The notes under the pieces: generated by a model
Database searches by the model: none
Told to the model about the DNA's origin: nothing
What the model saw: only the letters and a program-made list of their open reading frames with translations
Assembly (NCBI GenBank): GCA_951406725.2
Contig: OX597819.1
Span: forward strand, 32,860,001 to 32,924,000
Length of the DNA stretch: 64,000 nucleotides
Origin: Octopus vulgaris
Lineage: Eukaryota
Reading direction: 5' to 3'
Part shown: piece after piece, positions 40,016 to 54,245 of the stretch
Position numbering within the stretch: position 1 is the first letter of the stretch
How the letters are laid out: each line of letters starts with the position of its first letter
Program-made: the position numbers and the translations under genes

Positions 40016-40796
40016 TACATTCATACATACACACATACATACATACATACGTACATACATACATACATACGTATGTACGTAATACATACATATGCACATA
40101 CACACAGATATATACATGCACACGCATATGTACATGCATACATTCACACACATACATACATATATACATACACACACACACTCATACATGCATACATACA
40201 TACATACATACATACATACATACATACATACATACATACATACATACAAACTTGTTACTTGTTGTGAAGGGTTAGCTTTGTCACACACAGTGTGTTACGC
40301 TGAATCTCCCTGAGAACTACGTTGAGGTTTCTAGTGTCTGTGGAGTTCTCAGCCACTTGCACATTTATTTTCCGAGCAGGTTGTTCCGTTGATCAGATCA
40401 ACAGAAACACTTGTGATAACCGAAAGAAGCCATTTATCGTATTTTGTCACGGAGATAATTCCTCTTTGTAGGCAAATAGGTGTAAACACATCATAAATTG
40501 ATAGGTATATACAAAACAGAACAAACAAGCGCGCACATCCATATACATACATATATTTACGTATGCACACCCATACGAATGTCTCTAACTAACTTTCTCC
40601 CTCTGTATGTATATGATGTATATGTGGGTGTGAATAGGGATGACCAGGCCCTTAAGGAGTTCGCTGCACACACATGAGATACTCAGATCCGTGCTACTGC
40701 AAGACATTATGAGCAAGTATCTCTTACCTTTTACTATAGACTCGGTCATGACTTAAACTGCATAGGAGTGGCTGTGTGGTAAGTAGCTAGCTTACC

Positions 40797-41311
40797 CCGC
40801 ACATGCGCATTGGTGTTTTGCTTCAACACTTGAACAAGGAGGACATGAGCTAGTGCGCTCCGTCCTAAAACTGAAAATTAAGAAGAAGTCTGTTGAGGTA
40901 GGTGATTTTCTTTGTTTTGAGCTGGGCGTGATTTATTGTTTTGGAATTTTTTTCAGTAAATTTCGCCCAGCTCTGGGACAATTTCGCCGGCTCTCGGCGG
41001 CTATTGAGATTTTTGCTTGATGAAAAAATGTTAGGGGCGTATCCCCGCCCAAAAATTGAATTTTGTTCCAGTCATTAAAAATGTTTGTGGCCCATTGTGG
41101 AGAAGATTCGTCTTCTGTAGATTTAAGATTCCAGCTCGGAGTACCAGCCAAAGAAGAGGGCCAGGAGTACTTGTGGCCGAAATTGTGTAGTTGCCATTTG
41201 GAACCATACTCATTTATTCATTTTATTTCATTTTCATTCATTAATGTGTTTCTCTAGCTCGCTAAGCTACACAATCTTTGTTTCTGTCTATATGACAAAT
41301 TTTATGAAATA
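40797..41311 (+). mobile_element. Penelope-like 3' fragment inserted in the SINE A head
   Basis: 16-bp duplication aagtagct(a/t)gcttacc (40781-40796 / 41312-41327); short frame ending ..QHLNKEDMS*; hammerhead-like gaagag-ggcca..tggcc-GAAA-ttgt-GTA (41152-41189); terminal AATAAA. Confidence 0.6.
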
Positions 41312-41454
41312 AAGTAGCTTGCTTACCAACCACATGGTTCTGAGTTCAGTACTACTGCGTGGCACCTTGGGCAAGTGCCTTCTACTATAGCTTCGGGCCG
41401 ACAAAAGCCTTGTGAGTGGATTTGGTAGACGGAAACTGAAAGAAGCCCGTCGTA

Positions 41455-41552
<98 letters not shown>

Positions 41553-41567
41553 GTATATATATATATG

Positions 41568-41945
<378 letters not shown>

Positions 41946-42766
41946 TGTGTGTGTGTTTGTGTGTCTGTGTTTGTCCCCCCAACATCGCTTGACAACCGAT
42001 GCTGGTGTGTTTATGCCCCCGTAACTTAGCGGTTCGGCAAAAGAGACCGATAGAATAAGTACTAGGCTTGCAATGAATAAGTCCTGGGGTCGATTTGCTT
42101 GACTAAAGGCGGTGCTCCAACATCGCCGCAGTCAAAGTGACTGAAACAAGTAAAAGAGTAAAAGAGATGGTTCCTTCCGGACATCTCGTGACATACGGAG
42201 TGACTTGGGCATTCTAAGATCTGGCGGTACCTATCACTCACCAGATCAGGCCACGGTCGATTTCTTCCGGAAGAAGTAAAAGAGAAGACAGAAAGAAATA
42301 GTTAGAACAAAAGAGACGTATCGATACCGGTTCATGATTAATATGTTATTTATCGATCGTGAAGGGGTGGGAAGTAAAGCTGATCTCGGTGGTATATGTA
42401 TTCAGTCCCAAGATAGTTGTTAAAAAGAATAATAGCCGCAAAGCAATATATCCGACATTATAACGATTCTGCCGGATGAACGCCTGTACGTACATGGGCA
42501 TAAACATCAGCACACACACACACACACACACTCTCTCTCTCACAGAATCACACAGGCACTCACGCATCCTGGTGTATGGGACACACGAACTTAGAGGATA
42601 AGGTTTAGTTGTATGGTAAGAAGCTTGCTTTCCAACCACATGGTTCCGGGTTCAGTCTCTCTGCTCGTCACCTTGGGCAAGTGTCTTCTATCACAGCCTC
42701 GGGCTGACTAAATCCTTTTGAGTGGATTCAACTCTGTGTGTATACATATGTGTGCGTGTGTAAGAA

Positions 42767-42801
<35 letters not shown>

Positions 42802-43657
42802 GAAGGAGAGAGAGGGAGAGAGAGGGAGAGAGACGCTCGCGTGAAAGGGAGAATGTCAAGTAAGTTTTTTTTATATTTGAAGACAATACGAAATGTTTAG
42901 AACATAGAATTGAATAATTCATGAAAAATATCAAAACAATATAATTGATTCACAATGTTGAACCGTGAATCGCCGTTTAAAAAAACGGAAAACTTTTTTT
43001 AAAAATCATCGTTTAAAAAAATGGAAAATTAAAAACAAATTGATTAAAGTGTTCGGATTTCCAGTGTTCATAAATATAACTAAAGGCTGCAGCCAACATG
43101 GAGTACATATAGGAAATTAATAATTCTGCACCCATTCAAATCATTGTTGTCTAAAAACAAGATTGTTTATTTATTGCAACAAAGTTGTCAACTGAAATTT
43201 GTATAAAAAATTATTGCTATCGTGTGGACTAACAAGACTCTCTATACCCGTTAAATTGTGCCAGTAAATCGTAGCAGCAATGGATCCGGTGCTTTTGGAT
43301 TATTTCAGGTTTCTTTAAGTTATAAATATGTTGGTAATATCGTTCAATATCGTTCAAAGAAATTTTCAATAACAGCGACAAAACATTTACAAGCGGCAAT
43401 AATATCTAGAGAAACTTAATCATAAGTGCATCATACAATTACCGTTAAAGTGAAAACTGCATGTATCATACAATTAGAAGTGGAGGAGGTAATATATCAT
43501 TTATAATGGATAGATTTTGGACGGTGGGACTTGAACATTTCTTAAAAGACTAACTACCTTAAACGGTATTTCGACTATAAAGACAATGATCTTTGTGGTT
43601 TACACTGATGTTAAAAGAAGTTAAGTTTAAGAAGTGTTAAAAATACGATAGCTGATA

Positions 43658-44054
43658 TCTTTATATATAAAAGTCAAGTTGTGTGCTGTCTGTCTCCTAC
43701 GATTTAGATTCCTAACTACTCCCACATTTTGCGGTGCAGTTTAACCAAAACCGGGTATCTTATAGTCGTGATTCATATCGAGCCCTTCTGGGTATTAGCG
43801 CGCGTCTACGATGAGTCTACGATTAAAAAAAAATTACCATCATTTTTCCCCATTTTAATGCATTTTTTCGCTATTATATAAGGGAAGTAACTCTCTAAAA
43901 ATGTCTACGATGAGTCAACGATTTAAAAAAAAATTACCATCATTTTTTTTCCATTTTTAATGCATTTTTTGCTATTTTTTGGCTATAACTCTCTAAAAAT
44001 GCTTATATAGTTATTTCCCTTATAAACCCGAGCAACGCCAGGCGATACTGCTAG
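43658..44054 (+). mobile_element. Non-autonomous Helitron family D
   Basis: A|TC...hairpin...CTAG|T; internal module duplicated. Confidence 0.85.
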
Positions 44055-44196
44055 TGTAACTAAAAGGTAGATTACATCATATTTCTTGACCAAAGTATTT
44101 TGTAGTACGAATGAAGGAAGAGAAAGCCAGAAATGTTTCTCTTATTACGTGCTTTTACTATAGATGAAACTCTCCCTTTACATTCGCAGTCTTTTA

Positions 44197-44555
44197 TCTT
44201 TTACTGCTTTCAGTCATTGAACTGTGGCCATGCTGTGGCACCATCTTGAAGGGTTTTCATTCAATAAATCAGTTCCAGTATTTATTAATTTATTTTAAGT
44301 CAGGTACACACACACACACAAACATATATATATATATGTGTGTGCGTGTGTGTGTGTAGTTATGTGTGTATACGCACACACGCATGTATGTATGGCGGGC
44401 TTCCACACAATTTCCGTTTACTAAGTTCACTCACAGGGTACTGGTCAGTCCTAGGTTATACTAGAAAACACTTGCCCACGAGGCCGCATGGTGGGACTGA
44501 ATCCAAAACCACGTGATTGCAGAGCGAACTTCTTAGGCAGAGTGTCATACCTACC
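44197..44555 (-). mobile_element. SINE family A, old and internally deleted
   Basis: Tail and head motifs recognisable. Confidence 0.7.
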
Positions 44556-45172
44556 TCATGAAAGTTAAGTATAAATATATATATATATTTACTGTAATTC
44601 AAAGATGTTTCTTTGCTGCTTAAACTTACACCGAGTATAACGGTAAAACTATCAAAATACAAGAAATTACTAAATTTTGGTTTTGCCATTAGTTCACATT
44701 CTTCTCCGAGCGTTCCATTTTGGCTCTATAGCTACTTAACTGTTCTATCTGTTCTGAGAAAATTCAAACGCCTTAGGTATTATTGCTTTGCACTTAAAAC
44801 ACGGTGCTAAGTCTAAGAATGTCAAAAAATAACTGCTAAGCGCAAGATATCTTTTACAGCATGTTAACTGGAATTATGCTCAGTAAAAAAGTAGCATCGG
44901 TGTATTAGTGTGGAGGAAACTATCATACAGTCACACGTGCAACCACATACACAAATACATACGTATTAATGTATGCATGTGTGTGTGTATGTGCGTATTG
45001 TGATATTTCGGGATGGTCATTTTTTTTCTTGCCAAATAAACAAACGCACTATATATTTGTTTGTTACTGTTCTTATTTTAAGTCTACACACCTGTGACCT
45101 TTTCAGCATCTCTCCATCCCACATGTCTTCTGTTCTGCTTAGTCCATTCTGTCTTCCTATGGTGTGTCCATA

Positions 45173-45214
<42 letters not shown>

Positions 45215-45219
45215 ATATA

Positions 45220-46448
45220 CAGGGTGCGTAAGGTATTTGAGGACATACCTTTTTTGGATCACTGCTGCATTTATTTTACTAACTCTGTATAATTTTGTTT
45301 CAGAAAATAATAATGATAGACCCTCACCTTACTTAAGAAATGAAGAAGCATGCTGTTATTGTGGTTATAATTGCTAAGCATGGCGATTTAGAAATATATT
45401 AATTTTTAAAAGCTGCCAGATCTTTAGTCTACAAAGTTTGTAAGCAGCTAGAGACTGGAGATGGAAACGTATCACCAGTATCAAAGCATAAAAAGCATTC
45501 TAAGCTCTCTGAAATCATCAGAATACCTGAATTTACCCAGCAAGTTCAACAGACCATTGATTACAATCCTAGAAAATCCATGAGGTCAATTGCAAAAAGA
45601 TCTCCATCTGTCAGAAGGAACAGTCAGAAATGTTGTCCACGAAGACATCAGATATAAATTTTATATTATGAGGAAAGGTCAATTTGTCATAAAATCAAAA
45701 GAAAATCACTACATCAGATCTAAACGGTTCTTAAACTGAGAAATCCAGCACAAGATTTGAATTGGCTTTTCTCAAATGAAAAGACCTTCGACCAAGATCA
45801 AAAAGTTAACAGAAGAAATGACAGATTTTTATGTACGGACCATTCTGCAATTCCAAGTGTCATGTATACAAATTTTCGTGCAACTGTCATGGTTTTAGGG
45901 ATTTTCAGCAATGAAAGACATGTGATGCCTCCTACTTCTTTCCAAGAAGCCTTAGAGATAACTCTGCCGCTTACATTAAGGTCCTGGAAATAATTGCTAA
46001 TCCCTGGTTAGACAGTGTATGCAATGGAAGGCCATATGTGTTTCAGTAAGACTCTGCAGTATCACATATGGCTCCAGTAAGGCAGGAATGGATGGCTGAC
46101 AATTTTCATGATCACATAACCCCTAACATTTGGCTTCCTAATCCCCTAAACCTCAATCCGTTGGACTATTATAAGTGGAGCATTGTGGAGAGAGAGGCCA
46201 ATGAACACGCTGATAACACTAAAGATTCTTTGAAAGCTGCCACAGTCAGAGTAATGTCCAAAATAAACCAGGACCACTTGATTCAAGCATGTAGATGATT
46301 TAGATCTCATACAGAAGTTGTTGAAACTGAAGGTGGCTTTATTGCATAACATTGTAGATGAGGTTTATTTTTATCCTCATACCATTTTTGATAAAGTTTA
46401 TACATCTGTTCTTATAAAAGTAAATCTGTCCTCAAATATCTTACGCAC

Positions 46449-46452
<4 letters not shown>
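45220..46452 (+). mobile_element. Full-length but decayed maT (DD37D) Tc1/mariner transposon
   Basis: 26-bp TIRs cagggtgcgtaaggtatttgaggaca / tgtcctcaaatatcttacgcactctg, TA flanks; WLFSNEKTF, YVFQ*DSA, 37 residues to LNPLDYY; stops and frameshifts. Confidence 0.9.
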
Positions 46453-46535
<83 letters not shown>

Positions 46536-46665
46536 AGTCCCCTTAGAATGTCCTCGGTCACTAGGACAGCCACTGTCGCAGCTATGCCAATGATGCAAAA
46601 TTATCACAGGCAATAAAATACGTCGCAAGCTTAATGCGGAACTATAATTCGATATAATCGAACTC

Positions 46666-46716
46666 GGAATATTAGGGTTAGTAGCCCGCGCTCTTAACCA
46701 CTACGCCATATGCCCG
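46666..46716 (-). mobile_element. tRNA-derived SINE head fragment
   Basis: ggcatatggcgtagtggttaagagcgcgggctactaaccctaatattccgagttcgat (A and B boxes), no acceptor stem. Confidence 0.55.
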
Positions 46717-47349
46717 AGGGCGGTCTTTCTGATGGCCCCTTGATATTTTCACATTTGATTCCCAGTTCTAATAATTTTTATATTTTATATTTATGTCTAA
46801 TTATAACTTTGTACAATTCCCTTTCACACGGCATAGATTGCGATTATAAAGAAATTTGTGGGGAAAACTTTTTCGGGGATTTTCCCCATTTTTTTAGACC
46901 ACAGCCTTCGGGGGGTTGGCTTATGAAAAAAAGTTTTGAAAACTCTTTTTTTTAGACCCCCCTCATCATCGCACTCCGGACCTATTTTGGCCATTTTTTT
47001 CTTTTTTTTTTTGCACTTCAAAACCATGGGAAGAGCATTTTCGTTTCTTTATAACTCTCGCATGTTCGTTTTTCGATATTTTCCCCCCTATAAATACATT
47101 TATATGCTATAAGAAAGAAAATTTGAGAATTTTTGAATTTTTAGCAACACCATTTCCTGCCCCCGACTGTTTCTATTTAGAAAAAAAATATTGGAGAGCC
47201 AGAGAAGGTCATTGTTGGTATTTAGCCAAAGCGGTTTTAAAAAATTACGGAGATGTACTTGCATAAAAAGTTTGAAACACAAAAAAAAATTGCAGCGTGG
47301 AAGATGTTTGTACGCCATTCGAGAACACACAAAAACCGCTAGTTTTCAC

Positions 47350-47540
47350 GGCACTACTTAAATACAGAGGTCCCGATGCATCTATGTAACGATTTGATGG
47401 GTAGGCTTAGTTTTTAGGGTTAGGGTTAGATTTAGGATTAGTTAGGGTCAGGGTTAGGGTTAAGACTAGGGTGTCAGTACACGTCCACACTGGGTACATT
47501 TAAAATATATTTTACGTAACATCTGTATTTAAGTAGTACC
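47350..47540. mobile_element. MITE family F (GG...CC, Merlin-like) with internal (TTAGGG)n
   Basis: TIR ggcactacttaaatacaga / tctgtatttaagtagtacc; imperfect 8-bp TSD gttttcac/tgtttcac. Confidence 0.75.
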
Positions 47541-47708
47541 TGTTTCACTTCAACATCAAAGTTTCATTTGTATCAAAATACTTTCGTCGCTTTGAAACCG
47601 CGACCTCTTCTCTAAAAAAATTTCACAAAGATGATGCAGCACGAAGTTTTGTCAGTGAGCACACATTCATTACCTGGCATTTGTATGTATATCTATGCGT
47701 GTGTAAAA

Positions 47709-48122
47709 GGCGGTGAGCTGACTGAACCGTTAGCACGCCGGGTGAAATGCTTAGCAGTATTTCGTCTGTCGTTACGTTGTGAGTTCAAATTCCGCCGAGG
47801 TCGACTTTGCCTTTCATCCTTTCGGTGTCGATAAATTAAGTACCAGTTACGCACTGGGGTCGATGCGATCGACTTAATTCGTTTGTCTTTCCTTGTTTGT
47901 CCCCTCTATGTTTAGCCCCTTGTGGGTAATAAAGAAATACGTATTTCGTCTGCCGTTACGTTCTGAGTTCAAATACCGCTGAGGTCGACTTTGCCTTTCA
48001 TCCTTTCGAGGTCGATAAATTAAGTACCAGTTACACACTGGGGTCGATGTAATCAACTTAATTCGTTTGTCCGTCCTTGTTTGTCCCCTCTATGTTTAGC
48101 CCCTTGTGGGCAATAAAGAAAC
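47709..48122 (+). mobile_element. SINE family B dimer (full monomer plus headless body)
   Basis: Junction gaaatac|gtatttc at 47934-47947; 16-bp TSD tatatctatgcgtgtg (47688-47703 / 48124-48139). Confidence 0.9.
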
Positions 48123-48679
48123 ATATATCTATGCGTGTGCGCGAGTGTGTATTGGTGTATGTGTGTGTGTGTTATTGTTGAAATCACTCTTGCAACATTT
48201 GTGTATATATTGTCTTAGTAGTATAAGACTGTTTGGAAACTGTGAATAAGGTGCAAGTTTCGACTAATTGTCGGTAACTTTTTTTCTCCTCATCTTCTAA
48301 TAGGCTCTTCTCGCAGTTATCCCGCGTTCAAAATTTATATGGGTATTAAAAAAAATTATTCAATAATGTTTTTTTTTTTACATTACGTATACATTAATAC
48401 AATGAACAGTCGGTTTTCCAAATAGTGAATTAAAATTTAGAAGAAAAAGTGAGAGACTTTGCAAATGAAAATCGAATATTCCGCAGTGAATGCAATGAAT
48501 AACTTGAGAAATCGAAATTATAGGAAATTTCTTAAAACGTGAATTAATCAAAATATTTGCAGAATAGTCAAGCTTTTAACAATTGCTTTCTTTTAGTACT
48601 TTTACCAATTGTTACATACCTAATTAATAAGCAGCTTTCTCCATTATAGTATAGATGAATGTATATTTATACATACAGT

Positions 48680-48870
48680 CGCCATGATAGATCGTTAGCC
48701 ACTACACACATTTTTTTCTCTCCTTGTTTTTTCTGTGTCCCTTTCTATAGAAGAGCGTAGACTCGAAACGTACAAGACTTTTTCTATTCCTGAGCGTTAT
48801 ACTAATACATCTGTTTGTTTTGCACACCACCTGTCTTCGTCTTTTGTTTTTTTTCGTAAACTCTCCCTAT
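48680..48870 (+). mobile_element. Penelope-like pLTR fragment with minimal hammerhead variant
   Basis: gaagag-cgtaga-ctc-GAAAC-GTA (48750-48772) with palindromic ACGT helix III; homologous to 39820. Confidence 0.55.
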
Positions 48871-49051
48871 ATATTTATACATGCATACATAAATACATAC
48901 ATACATATAAATATATATACATACACACAGATACACAGAGACACACACACATATATACATATATATATGTATGTATAGATAGATAGATATAGATCCATAT
49001 ATATATACATATATATATTTGTGTGTGTATAGACACAAGCACACACACACG

Positions 49052-49122
<71 letters not shown>

Positions 49123-49772
49123 ACACACACACATATATATATTTATAGTTGCAATCTGCATCAACTTGTACCCTTTAATTATTCTGTAACAATTTCAAAT
49201 GATCTGAAGGTTGACATTGCTTTCCACCATATGTACAGTTAAATTGGTTCCTAATCCTGAGATAAACATACGTAACATCAAAGGGAAAGTACCTATCACC
49301 AGGGTTCCTGATGCTTTTAGAGGCTAGTCATTACCCGGTACATTACCCTCAAGGTTCGGGTAGGTGTGCTATGCGGGTAGATAAATTGACACAAGCAAAA
49401 TTAATTATCTTCGTCAAAGTCACTACGAAATACCTGTAGAGGGATAATGTTCTTGAATTAACCTGTAACGTATTCTCCAAAAGTAGTTTTTTTTTCTTTT
49501 CATCCTTCTTTGTCAGTCAGTCTATTTCTCTGTACACACACAACCCATACACACGCACATACACACACACACACACACACACAAAGATGCATGTGTTTAT
49601 ATGCATATATGTGTGTATATGTGTGGAAAGATAGATATATATAGAGAGAGAAATAGTGAGAGAGGGAAGTGTAAATTTGACCACTAACCACAATAATGTT
49701 GAACTAAATGTGTTAAAAGGGCAACGCAATATCTTTGTTGCCTCATTCTTCCATAACTTTTATCATTTATGT

Positions 49773-50477
49773 TTTTACTTACTTCAGCCATTAAACTGCG
49801 GCTATGCTGGAGCATCGCCTTGAAGAATTGTAGTCGAAAGAATCTCTCCACCAATTCCATTCGGTATATTTTTTAAGCCGGATACATATTCTTATTTCTT
49901 TTTTGCCCACAGGAGGCTAAACATAGAGGGGACAAACAAGGACAGAAAAACGGATTAAGTCGATTACATCGACCCCAGTGCGTAACTGGTACTTTGTTTA
50001 TCAACCTCAAAAGAATGAAAGGCAAAGTCGACCTCGGCGGAATTTGAACTCAGAACGGAAAGACAGACGAAATACGTATTTCTTTACTGCCCACAAGGGG
50101 CTATGCAGAGAGGGGACAAACAAGGACAAAGGGATTAAGTCGATTACATCGACCCCAGTGCGTAACTGGTACTTTATTTTTCGACCTGGAAAGGATGAAA
50201 TGCAAAGTCGACCTCAGCGGAATTTGAACTCAGAACGTAACGACAGACGAAATATCACTAAGCATTTCGCCCGGCGTGCTAACGATTCTGCCAGCTCGCC
50301 GCCGGGTACATATTCTATTGACTCTTTGGCCGAAACGCTATGTATGGGGATGTAAAAACACCAACACTGGTTGTTAAGCGGTGTGTGTGTGTGGGGGGGT
50401 CAAACACAGACTTCTCTCTCTCTCTCGGTCGCTCTATTTAAACATACAATACATACATATTTATACTGTATATACAC

Positions 50478-50523
<46 letters not shown>

Positions 50524-50690
50524 ATGTATACACTTACGATAGACACCTTTCAGTTTCCATCTATGAAATCCACTCACAAGATTTTGGTCAACCCGAGGCT
50601 ATAGAAGACACTTGCCCAAGGTGCCACTCAGTGAGGCTGAACCCGGAACCATCTGGCTGGAATGCAAATTTCTTACCATACAGTTGCACC
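49773..50690 (-). mobile_element. SINE family A interrupted by a SINE B dimer
   Basis: Tail 49773-49892; remainder 50304-50690. Confidence 0.8.
49893..50303 (-). mobile_element. SINE family B dimer
   Basis: Junction gaaatacgtatttc at 50069-50082; TSD tacatattct (49883-49892 / 50307-50316). Confidence 0.9.
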
Positions 50691-50707
50691 TTTCTTAATG
50701 ATTTCAG

Positions 50708-51128
50708 GGATCTTTTCGGTTTGAACGGCAGTTTTTAACATAATTTCTAGGTAACTAAAAAATTTTAAACTTCGTATACTGGTAGAATGTGTTTATAATA
50801 AAACATATTTTTCTCTTGGCTTTATTGAGAAAATTCTATAGTTTGTAAGATATTTGTGGGTTTTTTCTTCAATTTCTGCAATTTCAACCAATCAATGACC
50901 GTCTATTGAGGTGAAAACATTCTGTGCCGTATGAATATGTTCCTCGTTTAAGATTGGGTTTATTTACATTTGTGAAGAAGAGAAAATACCCTTCCCCCTA
51001 ACCATAACCCTAACTAACCCTAACCCTAAAACATTGAAATGCAATAGATCGATACTAGGGTCATAATTATGGGTGACAATTTCATATGACACCGCTAGAA
51101 AAAACTGCCGTTCAAACCGAAAAGATCC
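50708..51128 (+). mobile_element. MITE family C (Merlin-like)
   Basis: GG..CC TIRs of ~28 bp; 8-bp TSD gatttcag/gattacag; (CCCTAA)n inside. Confidence 0.9.
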
Positions 51129-52124
51129 GATTACAGAAATCTCTTCATAAAATTTTTTAAAAATCACGTGTTCAATGTCAGCAATATTATTGACGATCTC
51201 TACACACTACGAGATATCATGTTTTATATCTACCCTCTTGTGTTACGCGATTAAAATATATTTTATTTGAAATAATATGTAAGCAGCGCTTCCGGCAGAA
51301 ATATCACAAGGCTGAACACGACTGTATACGACGACTCCTTCTCGGCGCCTCTCAAAATTGAGGATTTAAAACCCAAATAGACGTTAAATACTTCAATGCT
51401 GAATGCTCAGTTAAGTCTATACAATAAAGGGAAATTGTAAATCATGAAATTTTTGAGGACGTAAATTTTTCTTCACGATAGGAAAATATGGTTATACTAA
51501 TATATAATGAACAAATTGTCTCTTTGAGTATGAAAGTATGTATGAACCTGATGATTTATGTCAAACTATCTAAATATAAAGACAGGTGAAATTTTAAAAT
51601 GATTTATTCCTATGCACCAGAATGACCAGATAGCAATATATGTTACACAAACCAACGAGAAACCTAATCAGCTAATGAAATTAGGTCTTCTGGCATTTTT
51701 TTATCTGTAAAATATCTAATAATTTTATCGAAATCAATTACTGATTCAAAACTGAGTCTTGCTGAATCAATTAATTTGGTTTCAAGTAGACCTTAAAATG
51801 TTTTTGATGTGTTTGAGTTTGCTAAAAGATTTCTCTGTTGATGTTACGGTAGTGGGAATTACCAGCAATATTCTCTAACTAACACAAACATTTGGAAATA
51901 TCTCACAAAGCAGTGTAGTTAGTGAATTAATTTATTATTGCTAAAGGTTTTCGTTTGGCTTTCCAAAATTTTCTCTTTGTACTGACGGTAAATATTGCAT
52001 TTCAATTTCAAATCTTCACTGTTAAGTCAATAGAATATTGTGTGCCGAAGTTTTGCGTTCCTCTTTTCTAAAATAAAAAAATAAAACAAAAAAAAATATA
52101 CTTAATTCACTTTCAAATGTTGGT

Positions 52125-52320
52125 TTCAACTTTTTGCATAAGGCCAACAATTTCTGAGAGGGGGCTGACTCAAGTGGTCAAATGGTATTTATTTTGTCGA
52201 TACCGGAAGGACGACAAGCAAAGTCGATCTCGGCAGAAATTGAACTCAGAGCGTAAAGGCGGACGAAATGCAGCTAAGCATTTTGCCTGATGCGCTACCA
52301 ATTCTGCTAGCTTGCTGCCT
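52125..52320 (-). mobile_element. SINE family B, diverged
   Basis: gcaaagtcgatctcggcagaaattgaactcag core and head. Confidence 0.7.
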
Positions 52321-52433
52321 TAGTTCACTTTCAAGTATTGTAGGATATTTCTAAAATCAAAATAACATTGTTCAAATCACAAAACAAGTAAAACAATAAT
52401 AAACTATTTTAATCCCGAGCAAGGCCCGGTATA

Positions 52434-52693
52434 TCTATTTAATCTATAAAATGAAGGTGAACGTTGATACAAATTGGATTTTTATGTAAAAAGGGGTCTA
52501 AATGGGGATGGAAGGGGATTAAAATTTACAGGAGTGAGTAACTTGAAAACTAGGATTTTATTGATTTTGGGGGACACTTGGGGGGTGGGGTCTAGATCGG
52601 ACACCTTTTGCCCGATTTCAATTAAATTTTCAAAATGGTAAAGTGGAAGCGGATTTGTAATTTAAACGCGGAAATCTAATTTTTATAAATGGC

Positions 52694-52725
<32 letters not shown>

Positions 52726-52894
52726 TAAGAGAAAGCGAAGGAGAGTCCGAGAGAAAGGAAGAGTAAGAGAGTGGGAAAGTGAGAAAGGAGAGAGAAACAA
52801 AGAGCGAGAATGTGGCGATAAGAAACAGAAAGGAAGCAACAGAACGTCACAACCACACACTCACCCGCGCGTAGAGCGGGTCAACTTAAGCTAG
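52434..52894 (+). mobile_element. Non-autonomous Helitron, second family
   Basis: A|TCTATTTAATCTATAAAA 5' end; acccgc-gcgtaga-gcgggt hairpin; CTAG|T; sits just after another Helitron-type hairpin cccgagcaaggcccgg. Confidence 0.65.
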
Positions 52895-52903
52895 TGCATA
52901 TAT

Positions 52904-52978
<75 letters not shown>

Positions 52979-52981
<3 letters not shown>

Positions 52982-53228
52982 CGTTTTGCAAGATTCTTGG
53001 CGTGAATTCATGTGTTGAAACAGATATTGTTATATTTGGCGATGGTCATGTTGCCAGTTTAGCCAATAAAAACGCAGGCACTCCATATTTGGTGTTCACT
53101 GGCTTCAGCTTTAATTTATATTATATTAATTGTATTTCGCGTTCAAAGCTGAAGCAAGTGAACACCAAACATATAGTGCGTGTGTTTTTATTAGCTTAAC
53201 TGGCAACAGGAGTGTCCCCAAATACTGT
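52979..53228. mobile_element. TA-embedded inverted-repeat relic (Penelope-like)
   Basis: Imperfect ~64-bp arms 53049-53112 / 53145-53208. Confidence 0.5.
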
Positions 53229-53432
53229 ATATATACATATATATACATATATATATATATATACATATATATACATATATATACATATATATACACACAT
53301 AGCCGAAATTGCTAAGATGATCTGGTTCTTGACTGATGACTGAGGGCTTCGAATGTCCCGTCCTGTGGTTCTTGTGTCGTCTCTGTGGCGTTTCATGTTC
53401 TTGTCCATGTCTGTAATTATTTTTACTGTTTA

Positions 53433-53474
<42 letters not shown>

Positions 53475-53505
53475 TATACATATATATACATATATATACA
53501 TATAT

Positions 53506-53550
<45 letters not shown>

Positions 53551-53553
<3 letters not shown>

Positions 53554-53916
53554 TTATATATAAAAGTGAGGATGTGTGCTGTCTGTCTCCTACGATTTAG
53601 ATTCCTAACTACTCCCACATTTTGCGGTGCAGTTTAACCAAAACCGGGTATCTTATGGTCGTGATTCATATCGAGCCCTTCTGGGTATTAGCGCGCGTCT
53701 ACGATGAGTCTACGATTAAAAAAAAAATTTACCATCAATTTTTGGCATATATAAGGGAAATAACTCTCTAAAAATCTCAGAACGTAAAAAGCTACAGTAA
53801 CACCCCTCCCCTTTGTGGTTAGCCATATTGAGATGGCTATTATACTTTACATCTCTAAAAATGCTTATATAGTTATTTCCCTTATAAACCCGAGCAACGC
53901 CGGGCGATACTGCTAG
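53551..53916 (+). mobile_element. Non-autonomous Helitron family D
   Basis: TC...CTAG within (TA)n. Confidence 0.88.
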
Positions 53917-53935
53917 TATATATATATTTACATAT

Positions 53936-54103
53936 ATACGACGTTCTTCTTTCACTTTCCGTCCACCAAATCCATTCACAAGGCTGTTGTTGGCTCGAGG
54001 CTATAGTAGAAGACACTTGCTCAAGATTCCACTCAGTGAGACTGAACCCGGAATCATGTGCTTGGGAAGCAATCTTCTTACCACACAGCCATGCCTGCGC
54101 CTG
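53936..54103 (-). mobile_element. SINE family A 5' half
   Basis: caggcgcaggcatggctgtgtggtaagaag head on the - strand. Confidence 0.8.
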
Positions 54104-54126
54104 TATGTATAATATTTGTATAATTT

Positions 54127-54245
<119 letters not shown>

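Noticed and set aside
53300-53435. Hammerhead from CTGATGA at 53333 (also 119)
   Set aside because: No downstream GAAA, stem III and stem I in the right order
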